Below, in pieces: positions 1 to 9,386 of a stretch of DNA of 64,000 nucleotides. Source of the DNA: Rhodospirillaceae bacterium. Its GTDB lineage: Bacteria; Pseudomonadota; Alphaproteobacteria; GCA-2746255. Location of the stretch: contig NVWO01000004.1 in assembly GCA_002746255.1 (NCBI GenBank), forward strand, positions 76,774-140,773. Reading direction: 5' to 3'. The position numbers and the translations under genes are program-made. Within the stretch, counting starts at the first letter, position 1. The number at the start of each line of letters is the position of its first letter. Below the pieces are notes generated by a model. That model was not told the origin of the DNA and did not search any database. It saw nothing but the letters and a program-made list of their open reading frames with translations.

Positions 1-87
1 TTGGAGGAACCCCCGCCGTGCCCATTAGACAATATCATCGTCAAACGACCACTCTAGCCAAATTGGCGAGGAAAAAGGGAAACTGAG
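1..87 (+). CDS. lpxD: 3' end of upstream gene, probably UDP-3-O-acylglucosamine N-acyltransferase LpxD (partial, starts outside the window)
   Basis: Frame 3 of nt 3-87 reads GGTPAVPIRQYHRQTTTLAKLARKKGN*. The pattern G-x-P-x-x-P...R/K...L with a basic helical tail resembles the LpxD C-terminal helix. It lies immediately upstream of fabZ, as in the conserved lpxD-fabZ-lpxA cluster. Confidence 0.4.
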
Positions 88-89
88 CG

Positions 90-551
90 GTGGCGAAAGA
101 AATAAAAAATGATAGCGATTTGGACGTTCTGCAGATTATGCAGAAACTACCTCATCGTTACCCATTTTTGTTGATTGACCGATTGACCGAAATTGTTCTT
201 GGCGAGAGTGCGACGGGCATTAAAAATGTCTCGATTAACGAGCCGTTTTTTCATGGGCACTTTCCGAACGAGCCGGTTATGCCGGGGGTTCTGATTATCG
301 AATCCATGGCCCAAACGGCAGGATGCCTCGTGGTTCACACCTTGGGATCCGAGGCGGAAGGTAAGCTCGTTTTTTTCATGTCGATCGAAAATGCGCGTTT
401 TCGCAAGCCGGTCGTTCCCGGCGATCAGATGCGTGTGTATGTCGAAAAAAAGAAACGCAGGGCGAATATCTGGAAATTCACCGGCCTTGCCAAGGTGGGT
501 GAGCAAGTGATGGCGGAAGCGACCTTTACCGCGATGATTATGGATCGCTGA
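90..551 (+). CDS. fabZ: 3-hydroxyacyl-ACP dehydratase FabZ
   Basis: 153 aa with the hot-dog fold motifs LPHRYPFLLIDR and HFPNEPVMPGVL. GTG start with GGGA 9 nt upstream. Overlaps the lpxA start by 1 nt. Confidence 0.9.
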   Translation: MAKEIKNDSDLDVLQIMQKLPHRYPFLLIDRLTEIVLGESATGIKNVSINEPFFHGHFPNEPVMPGVLIIESMAQTAGCLVVHTLGSEAEGKLVFFMSIENARFRKPVVPGDQMRVYVEKKKRRANIWKFTGLAKVGEQVMAEATFTAMIMDR

Positions 552-1354
552 TGTCTATAAAAATTCATCCAACGGCCATTGTTGAGTCGGGCGCCAAGCT
601 GGGCGAGGACGTTACGATCGGCCCTTATTGTTGTGTCGGCCCAGAAGTCGAATTGGGGGACGGAGTCTCGCTTGTTTCGCATGTCGTTGTGCATGGACAA
701 ACAAAAATAGGCGAGAAAACAAAGATTTATCCCTATGCATCTATCGGGCACCCACCGCAGGATTTGAAATATGCCCGCGAACCATCCAAGCTTATCATCG
801 GCAGCCATAACGTTATTCGCGAGCATGTAACGATGAATCCGGGTACGGAGGGCGGTGGCCTGATTACCCGCGTCGGCAGCCATTGTTTGTTTATGATAGC
901 TTCGCATGTCGCACATGATTGCAACGTCGGCGATCACGTTGTCATGGCGAACAATGGCACCCTTGGCGGTCATGTGAAGGTTGGCGAATACGCCATTATC
1001 GGTGGCCTTTCGGCGGTTCATCAGTTCGTCCGCATCGGCAGGCATGCCATGGTTGGCGGCATGTCCGGCGTCGAGAACGACGTCATTCCATACGGTTCGG
1101 TTATGGGCAATCGGGCGTATTTATCCGGCTTGAACATTATCGGTCTCAAGCGTCGGGAATTCTCGCGCGATGCGATCCATACGCTTCGCAACGCCTATCG
1201 CCTCTTATTCGCTGAGGAAGGGACCCTGGCAGAGCGTCTTACGGATGTTTCCGAACTTTTTGAAAAGAACGAGACGGTTCAGGAAATTGTCACGTTCATT
1301 CAAGCGGATTCTTCACGATCTATCTGTCAGCCCAAGGCGGGGCATGCCGAATAA
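551..1354 (+). CDS. lpxA: acyl-ACP:UDP-GlcNAc O-acyltransferase LpxA
   Basis: 267 aa with left-handed beta-helix hexapeptide repeats throughout. Sits in the lipid A cluster. Confidence 0.92.
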   Translation: MSIKIHPTAIVESGAKLGEDVTIGPYCCVGPEVELGDGVSLVSHVVVHGQTKIGEKTKIYPYASIGHPPQDLKYAREPSKLIIGSHNVIREHVTMNPGTEGGGLITRVGSHCLFMIASHVAHDCNVGDHVVMANNGTLGGHVKVGEYAIIGGLSAVHQFVRIGRHAMVGGMSGVENDVIPYGSVMGNRAYLSGLNIIGLKRREFSRDAIHTLRNAYRLLFAEEGTLAERLTDVSELFEKNETVQEIVTFIQADSSRSICQPKAGHAE

Positions 1355-2165
1355 ACTTGGAATCATTGCCGGCAATGGCGCGTTGCCGGAAAGGATTGTT
1401 GAAGCCTGCCGATCAAAGGGGCGGGAATGTTTTGTTCTGGCCTTGAAAGGGCATACGAACTCGAAAACGGTTGCAAACGTGCCCCATGCCTGGGTTCGCC
1501 TGGGCGCGGTTGGCACCGCCATCAAGCTTTTGCATGAAGCCGGAGTCAAAGATCTCGTGCTTGCCGGCCCCGTGGGCCGCCCCACGCTTGCCTCTCTGCG
1601 CCCGGACGTAAAGGGGGCCATGCTTTTGGCAAAGGCGGGCGTCGCCTCTTTAAGCGACGATGGGTTGCTTCGCATGGCGATTAAGGCGTTGGAAACGGAG
1701 GGGTTTCGTGTGGTGGGAGCCGAAGACGTGTTCGACGAACTGCTGACGCCGGAAGGTGTGCTTGGAAAACTTGCGCCGGATCGTTCCGCCGAGGCGGACA
1801 TCACCCGTGGCGTTGAAATCGCACGCGCTATCGGTTTCTTCGATGTCGGCCAGGCCGTCATCGTCCAGCAGGGAATTGTCCTCGGCGTAGAAGCGGTGGA
1901 AGGAACCGATGCCCTGATCGATCGGGCCGGCCGCCTTCGACGTGAAGGTCCGGGCGGCGTCCTGGTAAAAATTAAAAAACCGATGCAAGAGGCCCGGGCG
2001 GATTTGCCGACGATCGGAATGGCCACGGTGCAGGCAGTGGCAAAGGCGGGCCTTTGCGGAATTGCCGTCGAGGCCGGCGGTTCACTCATCATCGACCGTA
2101 CCCACGTGATTGAAGCCGCCGACCGGGCCGGTCTTTTTCTTGTCGGAATCAAGGTGCCATTATGA
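1344..2165 (+). CDS. lpxI: UDP-2,3-diacylglucosamine hydrolase LpxI (DUF1009 family)
   Basis: Internal ATG of ORF 1170..2165 (MPNKLGIIAGNGALPE...). Located between lpxA and lpxB, as in alphaproteobacteria that lack lpxH. Overlaps lpxA by 11 nt. Confidence 0.85.
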   Translation: MPNKLGIIAGNGALPERIVEACRSKGRECFVLALKGHTNSKTVANVPHAWVRLGAVGTAIKLLHEAGVKDLVLAGPVGRPTLASLRPDVKGAMLLAKAGVASLSDDGLLRMAIKALETEGFRVVGAEDVFDELLTPEGVLGKLAPDRSAEADITRGVEIARAIGFFDVGQAVIVQQGIVLGVEAVEGTDALIDRAGRLRREGPGGVLVKIKKPMQEARADLPTIGMATVQAVAKAGLCGIAVEAGGSLIIDRTHVIEAADRAGLFLVGIKVPL

Positions 2166-3349
2166 CCGGTGGGCATGGCCCGGATGCCGGGCCGCTTTTC
2201 TTCATCATCGCAGGCGAGCCTTCAGGCGATTTGCTGGGCGCGCGTCTGATGGCGGCGCTTCGTGAGCGTTTGGGCAAAGGCGTCCGTTTTTACGGCATTG
2301 GTGGCGAGGGGATGTTGCGGGAAGGGCTTGAAGCCCTCTTTCCAATGCGGGACATTGCCCTTATCGGGATTGCGGAAATCTTGCCCCATCTGCCGTTGCT
2401 TCTGCGGCGAATTCGCGAAACGGTTGCGGCGATCAAGACGGCGCGGCCCGTTTCCCTGATTACAATCGATACGCCAACCTTCAGCTATCAGGTTGCGCGC
2501 AGGCTAAAGGGTTCGGGGATTCCGGTTGTCCATTACGTGGCGCCTCAGGTCTGGGCCTGGAAACCGCGCCGTGCGAAAAAACTTGCCCGTGTGAATGATT
2601 TGTTGCTCACGCTGCTTCCTTTCGAGCCACCAATCTTTAAGAAGGAGGGTCTTCCCAGCATCGCCGTCGGCCACTCGGCCATTGAATCGGGTGCAGGTAC
2701 AGGGGATGGGCCATATTTTCGGGAACGGCACAACATTCCGCCGCTTTCCCCGGTGATTGCCATGCTACCAGGAAGTCGCCATTCTGAAACTTCACGGCTG
2801 CTGCCGGTCTTTGGTGATGCGCTTGCCTTGCTGCGGGTCCGCTATCCACGATTGCATGCGGTTGTACCAACCGTCTCGGTCGTTGAGGAAGAAGTTCGAA
2901 CGGCAACAGCCAACTGGCCGGTGCCGACGATCGTCATAAAGAACGATGACGAAAAATGGGATGCCCTGTCTGCCAGTGAAATTGCCGTCGTTGCCTCCGG
3001 TACGGCGACCGTCGAAGTCGCGCGAGCCGGCCTTCCGATGGTGGTCACCTATCAGGTTAATCCGGTTACCGCCTGGCTCCTTCGTCGCATGTTACGCATT
3101 CCCTACGTCGCGCTCGTGAATGTTATTTTGAACCGGGAAGTCTTACCGGAGCTTCTTCAGGAAAACTGCAACCCAAAAATGCTGGCGGACAGCCTGATCC
3201 GCCTGCTACAGGATCCGGCGGCCCGCGAGTTGCAAAAACGTGACGTCAAAGAAGCGCTTCTGCAATTGGGGGAAGGGGATGAACTTCCTTCAAGACGCGC
3301 TGCGAGTGCGATTCTCGAATTTTTAGAAAAACGGGCAGCTTCTAGCTAG
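2162..3349 (+). CDS. lpxB: lipid-A-disaccharide synthase LpxB
   Basis: 395 aa with the GT19 N-terminus FFIIAGEPSGDLLGARLM. Start overlaps the lpxI stop (ATGA). Confidence 0.9.
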   Translation: MTGGHGPDAGPLFFIIAGEPSGDLLGARLMAALRERLGKGVRFYGIGGEGMLREGLEALFPMRDIALIGIAEILPHLPLLLRRIRETVAAIKTARPVSLITIDTPTFSYQVARRLKGSGIPVVHYVAPQVWAWKPRRAKKLARVNDLLLTLLPFEPPIFKKEGLPSIAVGHSAIESGAGTGDGPYFRERHNIPPLSPVIAMLPGSRHSETSRLLPVFGDALALLRVRYPRLHAVVPTVSVVEEEVRTATANWPVPTIVIKNDDEKWDALSASEIAVVASGTATVEVARAGLPMVVTYQVNPVTAWLLRRMLRIPYVALVNVILNREVLPELLQENCNPKMLADSLIRLLQDPAARELQKRDVKEALLQLGEGDELPSRRAASAILEFLEKRAASS

Positions 3350-3383
3350 ACGGCTGGCCTTTTATGGGGTGAGGCGTCGCCGT

Positions 3384-4694
3384 TTATTTGCGTTTTTCGA
3401 CGGGGACAAAGCTGCGTTCCGTGGCACCGGTGTAAAGCTGTCTTGGGCGCCCGATTTTCTGTTCCGGATCCTCGATCATTTCCTGCCATTGCGCAACCCA
3501 GCCAACCGTGCGCCCAAGGGCAAACATGACGGTAAACATGGAGGCTGGAATTCCCATCGCTTTGAGAATAATGCCGGAATAGAAATCGACATTTGGAAAG
3601 AGTTTTTTCTCAATAAAATAGTCGTCTTCAAGGGCAATGCGCTCAAGCTCCATCGCCAGTTCCAGAAGGGGCTCGTTTTTTACGCCCAGATCGTCAAGCA
3701 CCTCGTGAGCCGATCCACGAAGGACGGCGGCACGTGGGTCATAGTTTTTGTAAACACGATGGCCAAAACCCATGAGGCGAAACGGGTCGTTTTTATCCTT
3801 CGCACGCTTGATAAATTCTGGCACGCGATCTTTCGATCCAATTTCCTGCAACATGTTGAGGACGGCTTCGTTTGCGCCGCCATGCGCAGGTCCCCAAAGT
3901 GAGGCAATTCCAGCCGCGATACAGGCATATGGATTGGCGCCGCTCGATCCGGCAAGGCGCACGGTCGAGGTTGAGGCATTTTGCTCGTGATCGGCATGAA
4001 GAATGAAAATCTTATCCAAGGCGTTGGCGAGCACCGGGTTTTTCTTATAATCTTCGCAAGGTACCGCAAACATCATACGAAGCGTGTTCTCGCAATAGCT
4101 CAGATCGTTTCGTGGATAGATGAATGGTTGTCCAAGCGAATATTTAAAGGCCATTGCTGCAATCGTCGGAAGTTTTGCGATAAGACGATGCGAAGCAACC
4201 ATCCGTTGGTGAGGATCGTTGATATCGAGGTTGTCGTGATAGAAGGCGGCAAGCGCACTTACGACGCCGCAAATTATGGCCATTGGATGTGCGGCACGTG
4301 GAAACCCGCGTAAGAAAAAGCCGATCCGTTCATCCACCATCGTGTGGTAAGTGATGTTGTGTTCGAATTCCTCTTTTTGCGTGGCGTTTGGAAGTTCCCC
4401 GTGAAGCAGTAGATAGCAGACTTCCAGATAATCGCTTTTTTCGGCAAGTTCCTGAATGGGATAGCCGCGGTAACGCAAGATGCCTGCTTCACCATCGATG
4501 TAGGTGATCTTTGAGCGGCAACTGGCTGTGGACGTGAAGCCAGGGTCGTAGGTGAAGCAGTCAGTCGTGGCGTATATCTTGCGGGCATCAATCACGGATG
4601 GCCCGTCCGTACCGTCAAAAACCGGCAGTTCGTATTTATCGCCTGTCCGATTGTCGATGAGGGTAAAAGAAGGCTCGGTCTGCTTTTTATTCAT
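3384..4694 (-). CDS. gltA: citrate synthase (type II)
   Basis: 436 aa. Hallmark segments [14 protein letters not shown] and the N-terminal [18 protein letters not shown]. Confidence 0.93.
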   Translation of the reverse strand: MNKKQTEPSFTLIDNRTGDKYELPVFDGTDGPSVIDARKIYATTDCFTYDPGFTSTASCRSKITYIDGEAGILRYRGYPIQELAEKSDYLEVCYLLLHGELPNATQKEEFEHNITYHTMVDERIGFFLRGFPRAAHPMAIICGVVSALAAFYHDNLDINDPHQRMVASHRLIAKLPTIAAMAFKYSLGQPFIYPRNDLSYCENTLRMMFAVPCEDYKKNPVLANALDKIFILHADHEQNASTSTVRLAGSSGANPYACIAAGIASLWGPAHGGANEAVLNMLQEIGSKDRVPEFIKRAKDKNDPFRLMGFGHRVYKNYDPRAAVLRGSAHEVLDDLGVKNEPLLELAMELERIALEDDYFIEKKLFPNVDFYSGIILKAMGIPASMFTVMFALGRTVGWVAQWQEMIEDPEQKIGRPRQLYTGATERSFVPVEKRK

Positions 4695-4709
4695 TCCTGT
4701 TTGTCCTTG

Positions 4710-4733
4710 CCTCTAGATAGACAGCCTCTAGAT
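4710..4733. promoter_or_regulatory. direct repeat CCTCTAGAT (x2, 15-bp periodicity) immediately upstream of gltA
   Basis: CCTCTAGATagacagCCTCTAGAT lies 16-39 nt upstream of the citrate synthase start codon (minus strand). Each unit contains the palindrome TCTAGA. Confidence 0.25.
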
Positions 4734-4830
4734 CTGTGTCGTAGCTCACCCTTCATCAAAGGCTTTTTCTGCCTCGTTTTATGCGTGACAAGCCTGTTCG
4801 AAGGGAAAAATTTTCAGCCCGTAATCTATC

Positions 4831-6231
4831 CTAGGGGAGGACATCACGCAAACGATTCAGCACCTCGGCCTTGCCAAGAATAGCCATAACCTCAAAGATT
4901 CCAGGCGATGCGTTGCTGCCCGTAAGCCCTGCCCGCAGGGGCTGGGCCAGTTTTCCGAGTTTTATGCTATCGGCTTCAGCCAAATCCTGGATTGCCGCTT
5001 CCAGAGCGTCCTCTTTCCAGGAATCAAGTTCGGTAAGTCTTGCGGCGATCTTTGCGAGATATGCCTGCCCTTCCTCATTCAGTAATTTTTCCGCTTTTTT
5101 ATTCAGCGGGATCGGATGGCTGCGAACATAGAACGTGGCATTTTCGGCAAGTTCGTTCAGGTCTTTTGCGCGTGCTTTCAATCCCGGCATTGCGAGAAGA
5201 AGCCGCTTCTCGTTCTCGGTTGTAAGTTTTTTATCAAGAACGCCTTCTATTTTTGGGGCAATCAGCCCAACAAGCCGCGCGTCTTTCTCTTCGCGCAAAT
5301 AATGGCCGTTCAGATTTTCTAATTTTTTTAGATCGATCCTCGCAGACGAGCGACCGACGGCATCCAGGCCAAACCATTCGATGGCCCGGTCCGTTGGGAT
5401 AATTTCCTCGTCACCGTGGCTCCACCCAAGGCGAAGAAGATAGTTGCGAAGCGCTTCTGGAAGGAAACCCATTTCCCGATACGCGTCGACCCCGATGGCG
5501 CCGTGGCGCTTGGACAGTTTGGAACCATCGGGCCCATGAATGAGGGGCAAATGGGCAAATTTTGGAGTCGGCCACGACAAAGCGCGATAAATCTGGGTCT
5601 GGCGAAAGGCGTTTGTCAGATGATCGTCCCCCCGGATGACATCCGTAATTCCCATATCGTGGTCATCAACCACAACGGACAGCATATAGGTTGGGGTGCC
5701 GTCGGCACGCAGCAGCACCATATCGTCCAGTTGCGCGTTTTCGACGGTCACATCTTTTTGAACAAGATCGTGGATAAGGGTTGTTCCATCGAGAGGGGAC
5801 TTGAAACGGATGGTTGGTTTTACGCCCGCTGGCGCTTCCGATGGGCCGCGGTCTCGCCAGCGCCCGTCGTAACGGACAGGCTTTCCTTCCCGTTTTGCCG
5901 TTGCCCGCATTTCCGTAAGTTCTTCTGGGGAACAATAGCAATAATACGCCAATCCGTTTTTAAGCAGCTCATTTGCTATTTCGATATGGCGATTCGCTCG
6001 CAGGCTTTGATAGACGGGCTCTTCATCGGCGTCCAATCCCAGCCAATGCAGCCCGTCGAAGATCGCATCAACGGCTTCTTTCGTAGAGCGCAAACGGTCC
6101 GTGTCCTCAATGCGAAGCAGAAAGGAGCCACCGTGGTGGCGTGCATAAAGCCAGTTAAACAGAGCGGTTCTGGCACCTCCAATATGGAGGTAACCGGTTG
6201 GACTTGGGGCAAAACGCGTGATGATAGACAT
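4831..6231 (-). CDS. gltX: glutamate--tRNA ligase
   Basis: N-terminus [23 protein letters not shown] (HIGH-class signature) and KLSKRHG (KMSKS). Start placed at the internal Met; the ORF track extends 14 codons upstream to 6273. Confidence 0.9.
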   Translation of the reverse strand: MSIITRFAPSPTGYLHIGGARTALFNWLYARHHGGSFLLRIEDTDRLRSTKEAVDAIFDGLHWLGLDADEEPVYQSLRANRHIEIANELLKNGLAYYCYCSPEELTEMRATAKREGKPVRYDGRWRDRGPSEAPAGVKPTIRFKSPLDGTTLIHDLVQKDVTVENAQLDDMVLLRADGTPTYMLSVVVDDHDMGITDVIRGDDHLTNAFRQTQIYRALSWPTPKFAHLPLIHGPDGSKLSKRHGAIGVDAYREMGFLPEALRNYLLRLGWSHGDEEIIPTDRAIEWFGLDAVGRSSARIDLKKLENLNGHYLREEKDARLVGLIAPKIEGVLDKKLTTENEKRLLLAMPGLKARAKDLNELAENATFYVRSHPIPLNKKAEKLLNEEGQAYLAKIAARLTELDSWKEDALEAAIQDLAEADSIKLGKLAQPLRAGLTGSNASPGIFEVMAILGKAEVLNRLRDVLP

Positions 6232-6317
6232 GCTTCTCGACAGGTGTAAGGAATGCGTAAGCTGTGATTTCATATGGGTTTAGCATATTGAAAGCACTTG
6301 CAGTAGGGCTGGCATAA

Positions 6318-8525
6318 ATGATTGTGAAGGACAGCGACATATCCTTTGATGTTTCGGCGAAGGGCCGTTCTTTCGGCCAGCGTTTCATGCAAGCGGTCGC
6401 CGGGAATTTGCTGGCCGAGCGCGAAAACTGGCAATTGTGGCTGCCGGTTGGCTTGGGCCTTGGGATTGCAATCTATTTTTCCCTGGGCTTTGAGCCATCG
6501 CTGTGGGTTGCCCTTCTGCTTGCAGGGGGCCTGTTTCTGGGTATCGTCCTTTTGTGGAATCGCGGTGTCTGGTTCATGCTTTTTCTTGCCATTGCCACCA
6601 TCGGCATTGGTTTTTCTGCAGCGAAAATACGCACGTTTCTTGTTGCTGCGCCATTTCTCGAGGAAGAAACCGGAATGGTTTCTATCGAAGGGAGAATCGC
6701 GCATTTTGATGTTCTCCCCAATGGCTTTCGCGTCACCCTTCACGACGCCCGGATCGAAGGAATTGCTCCGGAAGCCACGCCGGAAAATGTGCGCATTCGT
6801 CTTCGCAGGGATCAGCAGCGGGCACCCCTGCGTATTGGTGAATGGGTGCGCGTTCGCGGCATGCTTTTGCCGCCACGTGCACCGACGGCACCAGGGAATT
6901 TTGATTTTCAGCGCCACGCTTTCTTCAAAGGTCTAGGGGCCGTTGGCTTTGCCATCGGCCCCCTTGAAGCGGTTGCCGAGAAAAATGTCGCTGAGGCAAA
7001 TACGGATGATCGCCTCTTTAAAAGCGAAGTTGAAAAATCCCGCCAATGGATTTTTGATCGCGTCGTGGACGTGCTGCCAGGTCAAAGAGGGGCGGTTGCT
7101 GCCGCGCTCATGACTGGAAAGCGAGGGGCGATTGCCGAAGATGTGTGGCAGGCGATGCGGAATTCAGGCCTTGCCCATCTGCTCGCCATTTCCGGTCTGC
7201 ATATCGGCCTTGTTGCCGGTATTCTGTTTGTCGCCATGCGTGCGCTTCTGGCTTTGGTTGAGCCTCTGGCGCTGCGCTACCACATCAAGAAATGGGCTGC
7301 GGTCGTCGCACTTTTCGGGGCTTTCGGTTACCTCATTTTATCTGGGGGGACCGTTCCGACCCAACGCGCATTTTTGATGATTGGTTTGGTTCTGCTTGCC
7401 GTTCTGTTGGACCGGACGGGGATTTCCATGCGCCTGGTCGCCTGGGCGGCTGTTGTTATTCTTCTGTTGCAGCCAGACACCCTGCTTGGCGCGTCCTTCC
7501 AGCTTTCCTTTGCCGCCGTGATCGCTCTGGTTGCTGTCTACGAGGCCATTCGTCGGGTGTGGATCAGGAGAAAAGCGGCAGGTGGAGTGCTTCGCCGCGT
7601 CGGCCTTTACCTGGGGGGGGTCGGGCTGACGACCCTGGTTGCCGGCATGGCTACAGCGCCCTTTGCCGTTCAGCATTTCAACCGCTTTGCCGAATACGGG
7701 CTGGCGGCCAATCTGGTTGCCGTACCAATCACCGCCCTTTGGATTATGCCGTGGGCCGTTCTGGCGTTTCTCCTGATGCCGTTTGGCCTTGAACCGCTTG
7801 CCCTGGTTCCAATGGGGTGGGGCGTTAACGCCGTGATCGAGACGGCGAAGATAGTGGCGGGATGGCCGGGTTCCGTTGCCCTTCTACCATCCATGACGAT
7901 GGCGGGTCTGGCGACGTTTACCCTTGGGGGGCTGTGGCTTTGTCTTTGGCGGCAGCGGTGGCGTTATTTCGGGCTTGTTGGCATTGCCGCAGGGCTGGCG
8001 ACGATAGGGTTTTATCGGCCACCGGATATTCTTGTTTCCGAGAATGCGAAACTTTTCGCCGTACGGGCAGACGTGGACGGGTATCGCTTTTCCTCGCGGC
8101 GGGCGGCGCGGTTTTCCGGGCGGGACTGGCTGCGTCATGCGGGCGAAACGGATGTCCTGCCGTGGCCGAAGGAAGGGAAGAGCGAGGATGGCCGACTTGC
8201 CTGCGATAGTATGGGATGTATCTACCGCGTGCGTGGACAGATGGTTGCGCTCGTTTTCGAGCTTGGCGCCTTGGCCGAAGATTGCACCCTGGCCGACATG
8301 GTGATTAGCCGGGTGCCGGTACGTGACGGCGTTTGCCGGGGGGTTGATGTTGTGATTGACCGCTTCGACCTATGGCGAAAGGGCACACACGCAATTTGGC
8401 TTGATGAAGAGAAGGTGCGCATTCGCAACGTGCGTGACATGCGTGGGGAGCGACCGTGGGTGGGAGGCCCCAGAAAACGTGCCCGACGACGCGGGGCGAC
8501 GAAGGCACGCGTCGAAAAAAACTAG
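6318..8525 (+). CDS. comEC: ComEC/Rec2 family DNA internalization channel protein
   Basis: 735 aa polytopic membrane protein with the competence-domain HLLAISGLHIGLVAG motif. Contains an in-frame G8 homopolymer at 7613-7620. Confidence 0.85.
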   Translation: MIVKDSDISFDVSAKGRSFGQRFMQAVAGNLLAERENWQLWLPVGLGLGIAIYFSLGFEPSLWVALLLAGGLFLGIVLLWNRGVWFMLFLAIATIGIGFSAAKIRTFLVAAPFLEEETGMVSIEGRIAHFDVLPNGFRVTLHDARIEGIAPEATPENVRIRLRRDQQRAPLRIGEWVRVRGMLLPPRAPTAPGNFDFQRHAFFKGLGAVGFAIGPLEAVAEKNVAEANTDDRLFKSEVEKSRQWIFDRVVDVLPGQRGAVAAALMTGKRGAIAEDVWQAMRNSGLAHLLAISGLHIGLVAGILFVAMRALLALVEPLALRYHIKKWAAVVALFGAFGYLILSGGTVPTQRAFLMIGLVLLAVLLDRTGISMRLVAWAAVVILLLQPDTLLGASFQLSFAAVIALVAVYEAIRRVWIRRKAAGGVLRRVGLYLGGVGLTTLVAGMATAPFAVQHFNRFAEYGLAANLVAVPITALWIMPWAVLAFLLMPFGLEPLALVPMGWGVNAVIETAKIVAGWPGSVALLPSMTMAGLATFTLGGLWLCLWRQRWRYFGLVGIAAGLATIGFYRPPDILVSENAKLFAVRADVDGYRFSSRRAARFSGRDWLRHAGETDVLPWPKEGKSEDGRLACDSMGCIYRVRGQMVALVFELGALAEDCTLADMVISRVPVRDGVCRGVDVVIDRFDLWRKGTHAIWLDEEKVRIRNVRDMRGERPWVGGPRKRARRRGATKARVEKN

Positions 8526-8529
8526 AAAA

Positions 8530-9237
8530 CTAGTATTGGCGGTAAAGAGCGACGAGCTTTCCCTGAATACGCACGCGGTCTTTGCCGAAAATACGCGTTT
8601 CATAATCTTTGTTTGCGGGTTCCAGCGCGATGGAGGGACCTTTTCGGCGCAGACGTTTGAGGGTGACTTCTTCGTTGTCGATGAAGGCCACAATGATGGC
8701 GCCGTTTTCCGCCGTACCGCATTCCTGAATGACCGCCGTATCACCGTCGTGAATGCCAGCGTCAATCATCGAATCGCCCGCCACTTCCAGGGCATAGTGA
8801 TTGCCGTTTCCAATCAGGTTGCCGGGAATATCGATGGTCGCCGCGGGGTCTCGTAACGCTTCAATCGGCGTGCCGGCGGCGATGCGTCCGAACAATGGCA
8901 ATTCGACCACCGGGGGGGCTTTCGGCGTCGTGTTGTCGTCGATTGCCTGGAGATGACGAAAATTGCCTCGAATGACTTCGCCGGGTGTGCCGGATGTATC
9001 TGACGCATAGGGGCCGGCGGCTGTTTCCGGCAATTTCAACACTTCAAGCGCGCGCGCGCGGTGGGGAAGGCGACGGATAAAACCGCGTTCCTCAAGCGCC
9101 GTAATCAGGCGGTGAATTCCGGATTTTGATTTGAGGTTCAGCGCCACCTTCATTTCGTCGAAAGAAGGGGCCACGCCTGTTTCGTTGAGGCGCTGATGGA
9201 TGAACGTCAGGAGTTCATGCTGTTTCTTCGTCAACAT
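8530..9237 (-). CDS. lexA: LexA repressor
   Basis: 235 aa. N-terminal wHTH ([12 protein letters not shown]...[11 protein letters not shown]) and a C-terminal S24 peptidase ([13 protein letters not shown]...KRL). Upstream SOS boxes present. Confidence 0.92.
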   Translation of the reverse strand: MLTKKQHELLTFIHQRLNETGVAPSFDEMKVALNLKSKSGIHRLITALEERGFIRRLPHRARALEVLKLPETAAGPYASDTSGTPGEVIRGNFRHLQAIDDNTTPKAPPVVELPLFGRIAAGTPIEALRDPAATIDIPGNLIGNGNHYALEVAGDSMIDAGIHDGDTAVIQECGTAENGAIIVAFIDNEEVTLKRLRRKGPSIALEPANKDYETRIFGKDRVRIQGKLVALYRQY

Positions 9238-9304
9238 TGGAATCCCCCAATTATCGAAATTTCCCAGGTGCCTGGACGTAAGACGAGTTCACAACGCCAA
9301 AACA

Positions 9305-9319
9305 GAACAAAAGGTAAAC
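9305..9319. promoter_or_regulatory. possible second, imperfect SOS box (GAACAAAAGGTAAAC = GAAC-N7-AAAC)
   Basis: Opposite-orientation half-match 10 nt from the perfect box, also upstream of lexA. Confidence 0.3.
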
Positions 9320-9328
9320 TCTACCTAT

Positions 9329-9343
9329 GTTCTAGTTTAGTTC
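9329..9343. promoter_or_regulatory. LexA SOS box, alphaproteobacterial type GTTC-N7-GTTC (GTTCTAGTTTAGTTC), in the lexA promoter region
   Basis: Perfect direct-repeat box 92-106 nt upstream of the lexA start (minus strand). Autoregulatory position typical for lexA. Confidence 0.6.
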
Positions 9344-9386
9344 TTTTTATGCGTCAAGGGGTTCGCACACACACGCGCCGGGGGCG

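Noticed and set aside
1313-2176. Long ORFs on the strand opposite to well-supported genes (for example 1313..2176 -, 5416..6249 +, 11767..13056 +, 30348..31538 -, 38052..38987 +, 41683..42540 -, 61730..62662 -)
   Set aside because: They fully overlap conserved housekeeping genes, have arginine/proline-rich low-complexity translations typical of antisense reading of high-GC DNA, have no SD, and have no recognisable motifs.
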